The notes under the pieces were generated by a model. The model had not been told where the DNA came from. It saw only the letters and a list, made by a program, of their open reading frames with translations, and searched no databases. A stretch of 64,000 nucleotides of DNA from Promethearchaeota archaeon (GTDB lineage: Archaea > Asgardarchaeota > Lokiarchaeia > Sigyniarchaeales > SOKP01): positions 32,001 to 96,000 of the forward strand of contig JBHLLT010000001.1 in the NCBI GenBank assembly GCA_048938855.1, in the 5' to 3' direction. Below, one piece after another: positions 39,849 to 50,699 of the stretch. Every line of letters starts with the position of its first letter. Within the stretch, counting starts at the first letter, position 1. The position numbers and the translations under genes were made by a program.

Positions 39849-40229
39849 TTAATTACGCGCTCCACATAAAGAACACGTCTCAGCATCACCTATAGGATTA
39901 CCACAATCTTTACATCGTCTAACCATATCGATAATATTCTTTCCTTCACGTAATTCAATTTTATCTTCATAGTCTTCTACTTTTTCTTTTGAGAAGATAC
40001 TTCCTGGACGATCACCTGGCCAAATGATATTAATTATCATACCACCTATTATTAGAACTACACAAATAACAATAAATATTGTTAAGTCACCTCCTAGGTT
40101 CTGTTGTAAAAATCCAATAACAACAGTTATCCAATCAGTCATCCATTGCCCAATTGGAGCAACCAATGGCATTAAGAATGTTAATATAGCGCCTATTAAC
40201 TCAGCAAGAACTTGAAAAAAATCTGTCAA
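39849..40229 (-). CDS. Small membrane protein with C-terminal zinc ribbon
   Basis: Hydrophobic helices; CKDCG...CSLCG. Confidence 0.7.
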   Translation of the reverse strand: MTDFFQVLAELIGAILTFLMPLVAPIGQWMTDWITVVIGFLQQNLGGDLTIFIVICVVLIIGGMIINIIWPGDRPGSIFSKEKVEDYEDKIELREGKNIIDMVRRCKDCGNPIGDAETCSLCGARN

Positions 40230-40243
40230 AATTTTTCACCCCT

Positions 40244-40726
40244 TTATGATGCTTTCATTCGATCTTCTCGAATTTTCTTTCGATTTACGGTAAAATCTAT
40301 TATATCATACATTTTTATAACAATTGTGAGAAAGTATATCCCCATATAAAGTAAAATCATCTGTTGAATATTTAAAGAAAAATATCCAAAACTCGCTATT
40401 GTAAACTGTATATCCGTTGCACCCGAAAATTTATAACTCCAAATGTATAAGCAATTAACAATCACTTGAATAAGTGCGAAAATAGCTTTCCGGATTGACT
40501 TTTTTGGGGATGAATGTGAAAAAAACGCACAACCACATATTACTAAACCTAAAGCGGTTACCCAAAATAAAACCTTTTGATATTCTTGTTGTTCAAAACT
40601 TATTGGAAAACCTTGAACTGTCAACTCATAGAGCCATGAGAACGTAAGTAATGGAATAATAATGGTTGTAGCAGCATAAATAGCTAAGAACAGAAATCCC
40701 TTTAGCATATTTTTAAAAGAACCCAC
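40244..40726 (-). CDS. Four-TM hypothetical membrane protein
   Basis: Four hydrophobic segments; GAGGTG upstream of GTG start. Confidence 0.7.
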   Translation of the reverse strand: MGSFKNMLKGFLFLAIYAATTIIIPLLTFSWLYELTVQGFPISFEQQEYQKVLFWVTALGLVICGCAFFSHSSPKKSIRKAIFALIQVIVNCLYIWSYKFSGATDIQFTIASFGYFSLNIQQMILLYMGIYFLTIVIKMYDIIDFTVNRKKIREDRMKAS

Positions 40727-40738
40727 TTCTTACACCTC

Positions 40739-41290
40739 TTATGGAAATCCTCCTATAGGTATATTAAGAAATCCAATTGTCAATGAATGTAATCCTAATG
40801 TATAATCTAAACTGATTGTAAAATTAGCAAGAAAAATTATAGCAGGTGGTCCTACACTCCAATCCACATCTGTTGTGAAATTAAACGAAGGTGGAAAATA
40901 GAAATCACTAAACAGTCCAGTAATATTAAAGTTCCCTGTTTCGCCTTTAAGTATAGTTCCAAAATTGTTTGTTTTATTAAATATTTTCATTACACGTGAT
41001 TGATTAACATCTGTATCAGTGTAATTCATAGCAAGATCTAACCTTAGTTTAAGATTTTCTAGATCAAAATATCCTGCATTTGTAAGATTAAATGGTAATG
41101 TAAAATTTATATTTAATGGAGAAGTATTAAAATTCATATCCATCTCACTAGGATCTATTCCTATATTATTAGGATTTCCAAGGATCAGAAATGCAGACCA
41201 TCCTCCAAGTAAAGAAACAAAAGTCACTGAAAATGTCAGTAAATAGATAAATATTTTAAAGATTAATCTAAAAACACGAGAGGTTCTCAT
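40739..41290 (-). CDS. Membrane-anchored LEA_2/WHy-like beta-sandwich protein
   Basis: N-terminal TM; FTLPFNLTNAGYFDLENL strand pattern; many N-x-S/T sequons. Confidence 0.6.
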   Translation of the reverse strand: MRTSRVFRLIFKIFIYLLTFSVTFVSLLGGWSAFLILGNPNNIGIDPSEMDMNFNTSPLNINFTLPFNLTNAGYFDLENLKLRLDLAMNYTDTDVNQSRVMKIFNKTNNFGTILKGETGNFNITGLFSDFYFPPSFNFTTDVDWSVGPPAIIFLANFTISLDYTLGLHSLTIGFLNIPIGGFP

Positions 41291-41618
41291 GATAATTGAA
41301 CGTAATTGTTTTTTTTTTTGAAGACTTAATTTAACTAATTATTAGAATTATGATACATATAAATTTTATATTTATAATTATTAGTGATTTGAACTCTATT
41401 AAATCGATTACTTCAACCATTATACGGATATTTTGACAATAATATAAAATCTTAACTCTTCGTTGGGATGGTATTCATTCAAATTTTAAAACGAATAGGT
41501 TTTTGTATCATAAAGTCTTTATTAATCAGTATAATTGAATTTAAATTTAGTAATTAAATAAATAGAATATAAGAAAAATTTTTTTTTCAAAATCAATATA
41601 AAAAAAGTTGATATAATT

Positions 41619-44474
41619 ATGATGGATTTAGATAATCTCCAAGCACACTCAACGGATTACAAAGAAGTAGCTAAAAAGTTAAATACATTAGTGGAGACTG
41701 GTATAACTGAAAACGAGGCTCAGATCCGACTTGAAAAATATGGTAGAAATGAATTAATTAAGGAAAAGGGTAAAACAGCGTGGGAAATTTTCATAGGACA
41801 ATTTAAAGATTTCTTGATTTATCTTTTATTTTTTGCAATAGCTGTCTCAATAGGTATTGGAGTATTTGAAAATATTGTAAATGGAGTTCCTTGGCCTTCA
41901 GAATATACTGATGCCATAGTAATTGCTGCAATTTTAATAGTTAATGCAGTTTTAGGATTTTATCAAGAGTACCAAGCAGAAAAATCACTCGAAAGTCTTA
42001 AAAAACTTGCGCCACATTTTGCTAAAGTTCGAAGGGATGGAAAGGTTATTGAAATTGGTGTAGAGGAGGTTGTTCCTGGGGATATTGCCCTTTTTGAAGA
42101 GGGAGATAAATTCCCTGCTGATATTAGAATTTATAAAGAATTTTCATTATATGTTGATGAGGCGATTTTGACAGGAGAATCAAAACCAGTCAAAAAACAG
42201 TTAAATCCTGTTGAACAAAAAATGATTTTAGCCGATAGGACTAATCTCGGTTATATGAACACAATTATCACCAGAGGTAATGGAGAAGGAATTGTTATCG
42301 GTACAGGAATGCGAACTGAAATTGGGAAAATAGCAGAAAGTTTACAAGAAGAAGAAATTGAGCTTAGTCCATTTCAAATAGAAGTAAATAGATTTGGAAA
42401 ACTTCTGGGGATAATAATAATAGTTATTTGCTTAGCGGTTTTTGCTATAGAATCAATAATTTTATTTACAACAACATTCAATTTTAATGATCTTATTGAA
42501 GCATTTGAAATATCAATAAGTTTAGCGGTTTCTGCCGTTCCCGAAGGATTAATAGTTGTTATTACAGTAGTAATGTCTTTGGGAATGCGTAAAATGGCTG
42601 ATCGTAATGCTCTTGTTCGTAAACTTACTGCAGTCGAAACGTTAGGAAGAGTTAATGTAATTTGCTCAGATAAGACAGGTACATTAACAAAAAACGAAAT
42701 GACTGTTGTAAAAGTCTTTCTGGGAGGGAAGGAGTATACTGTAGAAGGTGTTGGTTATGCACTTGAAGGTAAGATAGTTGATGAGAAAGGAAAGCAAGTT
42801 ATTGCTACATATGATAATGGTCTTAAACGATTTCTTGATGTATGTATGTATTGCAATAACTCTAATGTATCTCCTAAAAATAATGGAACAAATGATACAG
42901 ATGTAGTCGGAGATCCAACAGAAATTTCACTTAAAGTATTGGCAATGAAAATGGAATTAGACACTGAATCAGAGAAAATATACGAAATCCCTTTTAGTTC
43001 AGATAGGAAGATGATGTCTGTTGTATCTAAAATTGGTAATCAGAACTATGCTTTAATTAAAGGAGCTCCAGATATTCTGATGAATAAAGCGAGTAAAGCT
43101 ATTTTTGATGGACAAGAGAAGCCAATAAATGAAGTAAAAGAAATTATATTGGAAAAAAATGAGGATTTTGCCAAAAACGCTTTAAGAGTCCTTGGAATTG
43201 CTTATAAACCTTTAAATGGCAATTTTACAGAAGAAGAAATAGAACAAAATTACATTTATCTTGGATTAGTTGGTATTATTGATCCCGCTCGAGACGAAGT
43301 TAAGGATGCAATTGAAGAAGCTAGGATGGCAGGAATCAGAACAATTATGATAACAGGAGATCATAAGATAACCGCCATTGCCATTGCTCATGAAATTGGA
43401 TTGACTGAATCAAGTGAAGCTATTACAGGGATAGAATTAGAGGAAATTAGTGATGATGAACTTCGAGAGAAAGTTAAAACTGTTAATATATTTGCTCGTG
43501 TAACCTCAAAACATAAATTACGAATTTTAAGAAGGTTAAAAGAATTAGATTTAGTAGTTTCTATGACTGGTGATGGTGTAAATGACGCTCCAGCTGTAAA
43601 AGGAGCGCACGTAGGTGTAGCGATGGGCTTGAAAGGAACGGAAGTAACACAAGAAGCGTCAGAAATGATATTAATAGATGATAATTATGCAACAATTGTA
43701 AATGCTATAGAAGAAGGACGTGGAATATTCGAAACAACTAAAGGATTTTTCCGTTACATGTTAAGTACAAATTTTGATGAGATATTTCTAATTCTTATTG
43801 CTTATATTTTAATGAGAATACCACTTACGATGGCTACATTTTATGCTATTCCTGTTGCGCCAATCCAGATTTTATGGCTCAATATCGCCACTGATGGGAT
43901 TCCCGCCATGGTGCTGGGTTTAACACCAACAGATCCAGATGTGATGAAAGAAAAACCTAGAAAAGGATTTACTTTATTACCTGAAATTAAAGGCCCAGTT
44001 CTACTGCTTGGAATTTATACTTCAATTACAGATGTATCTCTTTATATTATATTATGGAGTGTACTAATTCCAATTTGGAGAACAACTGGATTGGACCAAG
44101 GATTAGTTTTAGGGGCAACAATATTTGGTGTAACATATACAGCAGAGGAGTATGCAATTGCATTAGCACAAACTATAATATTTTCAAATCTAGTTATTTG
44201 CGAATTAATGTTTGTTTACACATGTACATCCAATATCAAACCATTTTATTTGTTTCCAAATAAACATTTATTTTGGGCAACTGGACTTTCTCTAGCTTTA
44301 CAATTACTTATACTTTGGAGCCCGTTGGGAATAGCATTTCATGTTATACCTATATATCACCCATATTATTGGATAGCCGTTCTCCTTGGTGCTTTCAGTG
44401 TTTCGGTTATGGATGAGGTAAGAAAATGGAGACTTCGCAGAAAAAGAGGGATGACAATATTTAGTAAATCTTAA
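41619..44474 (+). CDS. P-type IIA cation (Ca2+-type) transporting ATPase
   Basis: TGES, VPEGL, DKTGTLT, KGAP, DPAR, TGD, TGDGVNDAPA; M5 STN, M6 WLNIATDG. Confidence 0.95.
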   Translation: MMDLDNLQAHSTDYKEVAKKLNTLVETGITENEAQIRLEKYGRNELIKEKGKTAWEIFIGQFKDFLIYLLFFAIAVSIGIGVFENIVNGVPWPSEYTDAIVIAAILIVNAVLGFYQEYQAEKSLESLKKLAPHFAKVRRDGKVIEIGVEEVVPGDIALFEEGDKFPADIRIYKEFSLYVDEAILTGESKPVKKQLNPVEQKMILADRTNLGYMNTIITRGNGEGIVIGTGMRTEIGKIAESLQEEEIELSPFQIEVNRFGKLLGIIIIVICLAVFAIESIILFTTTFNFNDLIEAFEISISLAVSAVPEGLIVVITVVMSLGMRKMADRNALVRKLTAVETLGRVNVICSDKTGTLTKNEMTVVKVFLGGKEYTVEGVGYALEGKIVDEKGKQVIATYDNGLKRFLDVCMYCNNSNVSPKNNGTNDTDVVGDPTEISLKVLAMKMELDTESEKIYEIPFSSDRKMMSVVSKIGNQNYALIKGAPDILMNKASKAIFDGQEKPINEVKEIILEKNEDFAKNALRVLGIAYKPLNGNFTEEEIEQNYIYLGLVGIIDPARDEVKDAIEEARMAGIRTIMITGDHKITAIAIAHEIGLTESSEAITGIELEEISDDELREKVKTVNIFARVTSKHKLRILRRLKELDLVVSMTGDGVNDAPAVKGAHVGVAMGLKGTEVTQEASEMILIDDNYATIVNAIEEGRGIFETTKGFFRYMLSTNFDEIFLILIAYILMRIPLTMATFYAIPVAPIQILWLNIATDGIPAMVLGLTPTDPDVMKEKPRKGFTLLPEIKGPVLLLGIYTSITDVSLYIILWSVLIPIWRTTGLDQGLVLGATIFGVTYTAEEYAIALAQTIIFSNLVICELMFVYTCTSNIKPFYLFPNKHLFWATGLSLALQLLILWSPLGIAFHVIPIYHPYYWIAVLLGAFSVSVMDEVRKWRLRRKRGMTIFSKS

Positions 44475-44640
44475 TTCTTAATCCTTTTTATTATTAAAAT
44501 CTTATATATTTTATTTTTTAGTCAACTGTAATTATATTTAAGTAATTCCTTATTTCTTTTCAATTAATTTTATATTTTTTTTACAATTTAATTTAATAAT
44601 TAGAAATGAATAATTCAAGATTCTAAAACGGGATTTTTTA

Positions 44641-45327
44641 ATGAACATAACGGAAGTTTTGAAAAATAAGATTGAAACAAATCAAACGGTTTTAACTGAA
44701 TTTGAATCTAAGGAACTTCTAAGAGAAATTGGAATTCATGTTCCCGCTCAAAAATTAACCACATCTAAAGAAGAAACAATCTCAGCTGCAGAAGATATAG
44801 GGTTTCCAGTAGTAATGAAACTTATGGCCGAAGATATTGTACATAAATCTGATACAGGAGCCGTAAAGTTAAATTTGAAATCAATTGAAGATGTAGATAG
44901 AGCATATACTGAACTAATGCAAATTCCCTCCCAGACAGAGAAAAAGATTTCTGTGCAAAAAATGGCAGATGAACCCATTACAGAACTTATTATCGGTATG
45001 ACTACAGATCCTCAATTTGGCCCAGCATTAATGTTTGGAATTGGTGGTATCCTTGTTGAACTCTTAGAGGATGTTAGCTTTAGAATTGCTCCAATAACCG
45101 AATATGATGCTAAGGAGATGATTCATGAAATTAAAGGTTTTCCAATTTTGGATGGATATCGTGGAAAGCCTAAAGCAGATATTAATGCTATTATTGAAAC
45201 CCTCTTGAAAATATCTAATCTTGTTATTGAACATGAAGAAATCAACGAAATGGACCTAAATCCTGTATTCATTTATGAAAAGGGATTGATCTGTGTTGAT
45301 GCAAGGATTATTCTTCAAAAAAAATAG
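44641..45327 (+). CDS. ADP-forming acetate/acyl-CoA ligase beta subunit (ATP-grasp)
   Basis: GFPVVMK, HKSDTGAV, DPQFGP, FGIGG, EMDLNP, VDARI. Confidence 0.9.
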   Translation: MNITEVLKNKIETNQTVLTEFESKELLREIGIHVPAQKLTTSKEETISAAEDIGFPVVMKLMAEDIVHKSDTGAVKLNLKSIEDVDRAYTELMQIPSQTEKKISVQKMADEPITELIIGMTTDPQFGPALMFGIGGILVELLEDVSFRIAPITEYDAKEMIHEIKGFPILDGYRGKPKADINAIIETLLKISNLVIEHEEINEMDLNPVFIYEKGLICVDARIILQKK

Positions 45328-45563
45328 AATCCAATCTGATTTCTTGCTAATTTTTTATATTCTATATATAGTTCAAATTTGAAATATATTATGTTAGTAC
45401 AACAAGATAAATTCCAGATTTCGAATAAATATATATTAAATTATTTCTATGGATTTCTTAATTAAATAGTATAAATTTTAAAAAAAAATATATAAGGTTG
45501 ATCATACAACCCTATAATTAATATTAACAATTTCTAATAAATATTTAAAACAAGTGTGAATAT

Positions 45564-48500
45564 TTGATTGCTATGTTTAACTCTACAACAAAAAAAAGAA
45601 TACAAGCCTTAGGCTTTCTTCTCTTAATAATAGGGTCATTTACAACTATTTTCAACTTTTCGCAGATAATTTTTCCTTCAAATAAGAACTTAACAAATGA
45701 AGAGAATAATAAAACTGATTTTTTCAATGAAAAAATTACTAAACTTGAAACCGCAGATTATTCCTCAAGTTATTCTAACATTGGTGGCAATTTAGACATT
45801 AATCTACATCAGTCTTATTTAAATAATTCATTTGATACTGCATTGAATAATTCAGATTCAAATAAAAATAAGTTTGCAATACCGTGTCCAACAGATACTA
45901 ATTTTAATTCTAGTTATACAAAGTTTGACATTGAGAATATTAATGCTCCAAATAAATCAATGATTGTTGAAGATGATTCATTAGGTGTAGGATTTGAAAG
46001 TTTTATTATTAGTAATTATTATGTTTCTTTTACTCCAAAAGGGGTTGGTTATCTTGAAAATATATCCTTATTAATCAAATTAATAAATATTTTAGATCCA
46101 GCTAATTTAACTATCAGATTATATAATTCTGAATACATTGGAGGGAATATAAGACCATTAAACAATCTAGGGACCATTGTACCATTAAGTAATGTTACTT
46201 CAGATGTATATTACTGGCACAAAATAACAAACATTCATGCATTTTTTAACTGTTCAGAAACCTATAGTAATACGTTTTTTTTAAGGGTTGGAACAATAGG
46301 AGGATCTGTATATTGGGATTGGTCTAATGATGTAGGGAATGATGGTGTCGATGAAATGATTGCTTTGGATGCAACTGAAGCTCCTCTAACATTTGGTGTT
46401 AATACAATTGATTTTCCACTTAAATTAGATTTTATCCCATTAAATAATACGCCAAAACCTTCTCAAATCGGACTAAAAATAAATGCTTCAAAAGTAACTG
46501 ATAATTTAGGTAATTCTGGATATTGGTTAAAACAAAATCAAGAATATTCAGATTCAGATGGAAATTTAGATTTTGTATTAACAGCAGATTGGTGGGATGT
46601 TACTTGTAGTGTTTCTCATGTCCAGATAAATTATACTAAGACAGATTTAATAGCTAACTCATTTTTTAATATTCTCGGAAATGGTCAATCACTCGATTGG
46701 AATTGTACGCTTGGAGTAATAGATAATTTTGATAATCGATTTAATAATTACGAAATTAACTTTACAATACCTTCAAAATGGGAGAATTTTACTGCTTTCA
46801 ATGGTGCCATAGATAAAACCTCTGACATCAATTTAGGATCGATTATTAATAACTATAGGGATCTTCAGATATTAAATGCAGATAATGGTACCAATTGGTA
46901 TATAACAGCAGAATCGGAAAATTTACTTAAAACAGTCCACACATTCGTAAACACTGCAGATTTATCAACAATGAACTATACTGATACAATTAATTTTATC
47001 GCTAATTTTTCCGAAGTTATTTCGGATGGAACAATAAATTTAAGCGTTTATAGTCCTGCTCCTGGTTTATATTTGAACCATTCTTATGTAGATAGTTCGA
47101 TAACCCCTGGTTCAGAGATCTCATTAGGATCTTGGAAGATTTCTGATGATGCTACTGAATATGGAGTATTTAAAGTTCAAGTGTGGTGGTATAATGATAC
47201 CGCAGGAGGATTTTTAGAAAAAGATATAACGATTATGGCAGTAACAGATTTAGTTTTAAAGTCTCCTCCTATTGACCAAGATTATTTTATCAATGATATT
47301 TTTAATATAACAGTTTTTTACAATAACACAGGTTTGAACTTAGGAGATCAAGGTATAAATGGAGCTACAATTAATACAAATACAACAACCCAGTGGTATG
47401 ATGTAGGTAGTGGTTACTATAATGTTGAAGTAAATTGCAGTGAGAATGATTATAGTTATGGATGGAATTATGTTGGGATTGATGCTACAAAGTCTTATTA
47501 TAATAGTGACTCAATTACTTTTTCCTTCCATTTAAGAATGAACACTACAATATCTCCATCAAATACAAAAGACTATGGAAATGTTATACGGGGAACTATA
47601 ATACAATATGAATTTAATTATTCAGATATATCGGGGACTCCTATAACAAGTGCAATTCAGGACATTATTCAATTAGATGCTGGTTTTGGAGCTCCTGGAC
47701 TAAGTGAGGTTGTAAATGGTAATTATACAATTCAATTAGATACAAGTAATGTTCAAGCCTCTGCTGTACCATATGAATGTATATTTAATATTACTAAAAC
47801 AGGGATGGAAACACAGAATATTACTATTTTTTTAACTGTCATACTTTCCCAAACTGACCTCATCATTATAGATTCGGATTCCTATCTTATCAAAAAAGAT
47901 GGCTTAAACCAAACTATCCTTTTTTATTTCAATGACACAGATAACAATGTTCCCATTACAGGACTTACTGTAGATGATGTTTCTGTTTCTCATAATCAAA
48001 CAGGACAACCTTTGAGTACATGGTTAACTCCTAATGGAACTAATGGATATTATATATTGAATATATCAGTCACAGCTTTGAATTCAGGTTGGATTGAACT
48101 CCAAATTAATGCAACTTTTGAACCAAATTATGCTACAAGTTTAGAAACTGTAGTTTTCTATTATCAAGGGAATTTGACTCAGACGCATCTCATTTCTGTG
48201 ACAGACCCGGGAGGAGAAGGAACTTTAACTGGTACAAGCAACACTTATACTTGTTTTGTAGGGAGAAATCTATACATTGACTTAAACATTACGGATAATG
48301 ATAATAGTGATTCTTTAGTTAGTGGACTAGCTAACTCTTATCTAGTTGAATATGTTGAAGTAGGAAATCCTACAAATCAAGGCTCTATTAGCAATTCTTT
48401 AAATAACGATACAAATTCATATCTGGGTTTGATATATACTTCCGCTCTTACGACAATAGGGACTTATGAGATTACGGTAAAAGTATCAAAAACAGATTTT

Positions 48501-50243
48501 GAGACATCAATACTAAGATTTAATGTAACATTGAGAGCATTATACATAATCAATATATCAATAGTGGATAAACCAACTCAGATTACGGCAGGAGACTCAT
48601 TTCATATAATAGTTCAAGTAGAATATTACAATACAACTAATTGGTTAGTATTAGCCGGTTCGGATATAAGATTAATTCCTATTTTCGATGGAACCCCTGG
48701 TACACCAACATCTTGGACTCCTACTAATGCCACAGGTGAAATTGATTTTGAAATTTTAACCAGTAATACTATTACAAATATAACATTGACAATTGAAGTA
48801 CAAAGTGAATATTTCCATGTAGGGGACACTAAATATGTATATGATATTGTAGTTAAGCCTGTTGATACCATTACTCTTGAAGATTTGATTCCTTATCTTA
48901 TTATGATCGGAGTTGCTGCTGTTGCTATAGCTATTTCTGTTGGAGTTTATAAAGGTGTTGTAGTACCTAAGAAACAAGAAAAAATACGTGTTCTTACTGA
49001 AGTAAAGACAATTTTTGATGATGCTATTAATTTGGAACATATACTTGTTCTTTATAAAGCAACGGGAACTTGTATTTATTTCAAATCTTTTGGTTCTGAA
49101 CAAATTGATCCTGAATTAATTTCAGGTTTTATTTCAGCTATTAGTAGTTTCGGTAAAGATTTAGTGAGTCAAGAAGAATTAAATGAAATATCATATGGAG
49201 ATAAAATGTTACTTTTATCAGATGGAAAACATATAAGAGTTGCGTTAGTGTTAGGTAAAAAAGCTTCATTGATACTGCGTAGAAATTTAATGGAATTTAT
49301 ACACAGATTTGAGAAGGATTATAGTGATAACCTTCCCAATTGGAGAGGTCAGCTAAATATATTTAGAGAAGCGGGAATTATTGTAGATGATGTACTAAGT
49401 ACATCAATAATTTTACCTCATGAGATCACATTTGAGTATTCACCTGCTAAAGCTTTAAAGAAACCACAATCACAGGGTGTGCTAAAGATCGCCAAAAATT
49501 TAATGAAAGATTCAGAAAGGAATTTCTTCTTTATTGCCACATTATTAAAACAAGCTACTGATAAGACTGGTAAAGATACAGCAGAAATATTCATGGGGAT
49601 CAAAGAACTAAGAGATAGGAGAATATTAATGCCTATTGAGATATCAGCCATTGAAGCTAAGCCTATTTCCCAACAAGAATTGAACTTAATTAATCAAAAG
49701 GTTTCTCAGTTAGTGAAATTAACTCCTGAAGAAAAGCAAAAATTAGTTAATGATCTAGCTCAAATGGGACCAGCTGAGAGAGAAGCATATTTTGTAAGCC
49801 TAACTGAACGTCATGAAATTATCTCTGCACCTATTGAGGCAAAACCGGGAACTGCGGTAGTTGAAAATATAAAGGGAGCCAAAAAGGAGATCAAGAATTT
49901 AAAAAAGAACGGTTTGATAGCAAGAAAAGAGAAAGATTATGATACTTCTATTAAAATCTTCCAAAATGCTTTAAAAATTGCTTCGAATTGGGAATTATTA
50001 AAAGAATCTCAAGAATTTGATGATTTAATACGGCTGACAAAAATCGAGGATCTAAAAACTAAGATGAAAACACTAGAGCAAGAGGCTAGACTAGCAGCTA
50101 AAGAAGAAAATTTTAATGAAGCAGCTCAAAAATATAAAATGTCTTCAAAGATCGCTTCTGAAATCTTCAAACTAGGTGAAGATTTAACAAAGGAAGTAAA
50201 ACGTTTATCAAACAAAGCCAAAGAATATGAAAAACTAGTGTGA
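45564..50243 (+). CDS. Single-pass receptor-like surface protein with cytoplasmic longin-like, wHTH and TPR/MIT-like domains
   Basis: N-terminal hydrophobic anchor; ~1070-aa Asn/Thr-rich beta ectodomain; TM LIPYLIMIGVAAVAIAISVGVY; then DPELISGFISAISSF and helical repeats. Confidence 0.8.
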   Translation: MIAMFNSTTKKRIQALGFLLLIIGSFTTIFNFSQIIFPSNKNLTNEENNKTDFFNEKITKLETADYSSSYSNIGGNLDINLHQSYLNNSFDTALNNSDSNKNKFAIPCPTDTNFNSSYTKFDIENINAPNKSMIVEDDSLGVGFESFIISNYYVSFTPKGVGYLENISLLIKLINILDPANLTIRLYNSEYIGGNIRPLNNLGTIVPLSNVTSDVYYWHKITNIHAFFNCSETYSNTFFLRVGTIGGSVYWDWSNDVGNDGVDEMIALDATEAPLTFGVNTIDFPLKLDFIPLNNTPKPSQIGLKINASKVTDNLGNSGYWLKQNQEYSDSDGNLDFVLTADWWDVTCSVSHVQINYTKTDLIANSFFNILGNGQSLDWNCTLGVIDNFDNRFNNYEINFTIPSKWENFTAFNGAIDKTSDINLGSIINNYRDLQILNADNGTNWYITAESENLLKTVHTFVNTADLSTMNYTDTINFIANFSEVISDGTINLSVYSPAPGLYLNHSYVDSSITPGSEISLGSWKISDDATEYGVFKVQVWWYNDTAGGFLEKDITIMAVTDLVLKSPPIDQDYFINDIFNITVFYNNTGLNLGDQGINGATINTNTTTQWYDVGSGYYNVEVNCSENDYSYGWNYVGIDATKSYYNSDSITFSFHLRMNTTISPSNTKDYGNVIRGTIIQYEFNYSDISGTPITSAIQDIIQLDAGFGAPGLSEVVNGNYTIQLDTSNVQASAVPYECIFNITKTGMETQNITIFLTVILSQTDLIIIDSDSYLIKKDGLNQTILFYFNDTDNNVPITGLTVDDVSVSHNQTGQPLSTWLTPNGTNGYYILNISVTALNSGWIELQINATFEPNYATSLETVVFYYQGNLTQTHLISVTDPGGEGTLTGTSNTYTCFVGRNLYIDLNITDNDNSDSLVSGLANSYLVEYVEVGNPTNQGSISNSLNNDTNSYLGLIYTSALTTIGTYEITVKVSKTDFETSILRFNVTLRALYIINISIVDKPTQITAGDSFHIIVQVEYYNTTNWLVLAGSDIRLIPIFDGTPGTPTSWTPTNATGEIDFEILTSNTITNITLTIEVQSEYFHVGDTKYVYDIVVKPVDTITLEDLIPYLIMIGVAAVAIAISVGVYKGVVVPKKQEKIRVLTEVKTIFDDAINLEHILVLYKATGTCIYFKSFGSEQIDPELISGFISAISSFGKDLVSQEELNEISYGDKMLLLSDGKHIRVALVLGKKASLILRRNLMEFIHRFEKDYSDNLPNWRGQLNIFREAGIIVDDVLSTSIILPHEITFEYSPAKALKKPQSQGVLKIAKNLMKDSERNFFFIATLLKQATDKTGKDTAEIFMGIKELRDRRILMPIEISAIEAKPISQQELNLINQKVSQLVKLTPEEKQKLVNDLAQMGPAEREAYFVSLTERHEIISAPIEAKPGTAVVENIKGAKKEIKNLKKNGLIARKEKDYDTSIKIFQNALKIASNWELLKESQEFDDLIRLTKIEDLKTKMKTLEQEARLAAKEENFNEAAQKYKMSSKIASEIFKLGEDLTKEVKRLSNKAKEYEKLV

Positions 50244-50433
50244 AATTTTTTTATTTTTTTTATTCTATTTTTCTCTATTTTATTATAATAGACTTTTTTT
50301 AAATGAGTTTGAATGAAAGTGGGCTAGATATTTAAAGATATAACTATCTTTTTATCTATAAGAAGCAAATTTGAGGGAAAAACATTGAATGTAAACCAAC
50401 AATGAAGAACCATGCCAATGAGTTGATCTTATA

Positions 50434-50682
50434 ATGTCTAATTTTGAATCTGATAAAATATTTACAATTCCCTTAGAAAAAATTGAAAAAATTGTCTTGA
50501 AAAATTTATATGATGAAAAATCAGTAAAATCTTTGAAATTGTTAACAGATAAAATATTAGAAAAAGCAATCAAAGAAAGAATTACAATTTCTGAAAAACC
50601 TATAAACCAGATAATTTATCAAATGAATAAAGCAGAGAAAATAATTTTTACACAAAAAAATGGTTGGAGAATAAGAATCTAG
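50434..50682 (+). CDS. Small winged-helix-like hypothetical protein
   Basis: 82 aa helical protein ending in the beta-hairpin IIFTQKNGWRI. Confidence 0.55.
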   Translation: MSNFESDKIFTIPLEKIEKIVLKNLYDEKSVKSLKLLTDKILEKAIKERITISEKPINQIIYQMNKAEKIIFTQKNGWRIRI

Positions 50683-50699
50683 GTCGAAAAAGTTTATTA

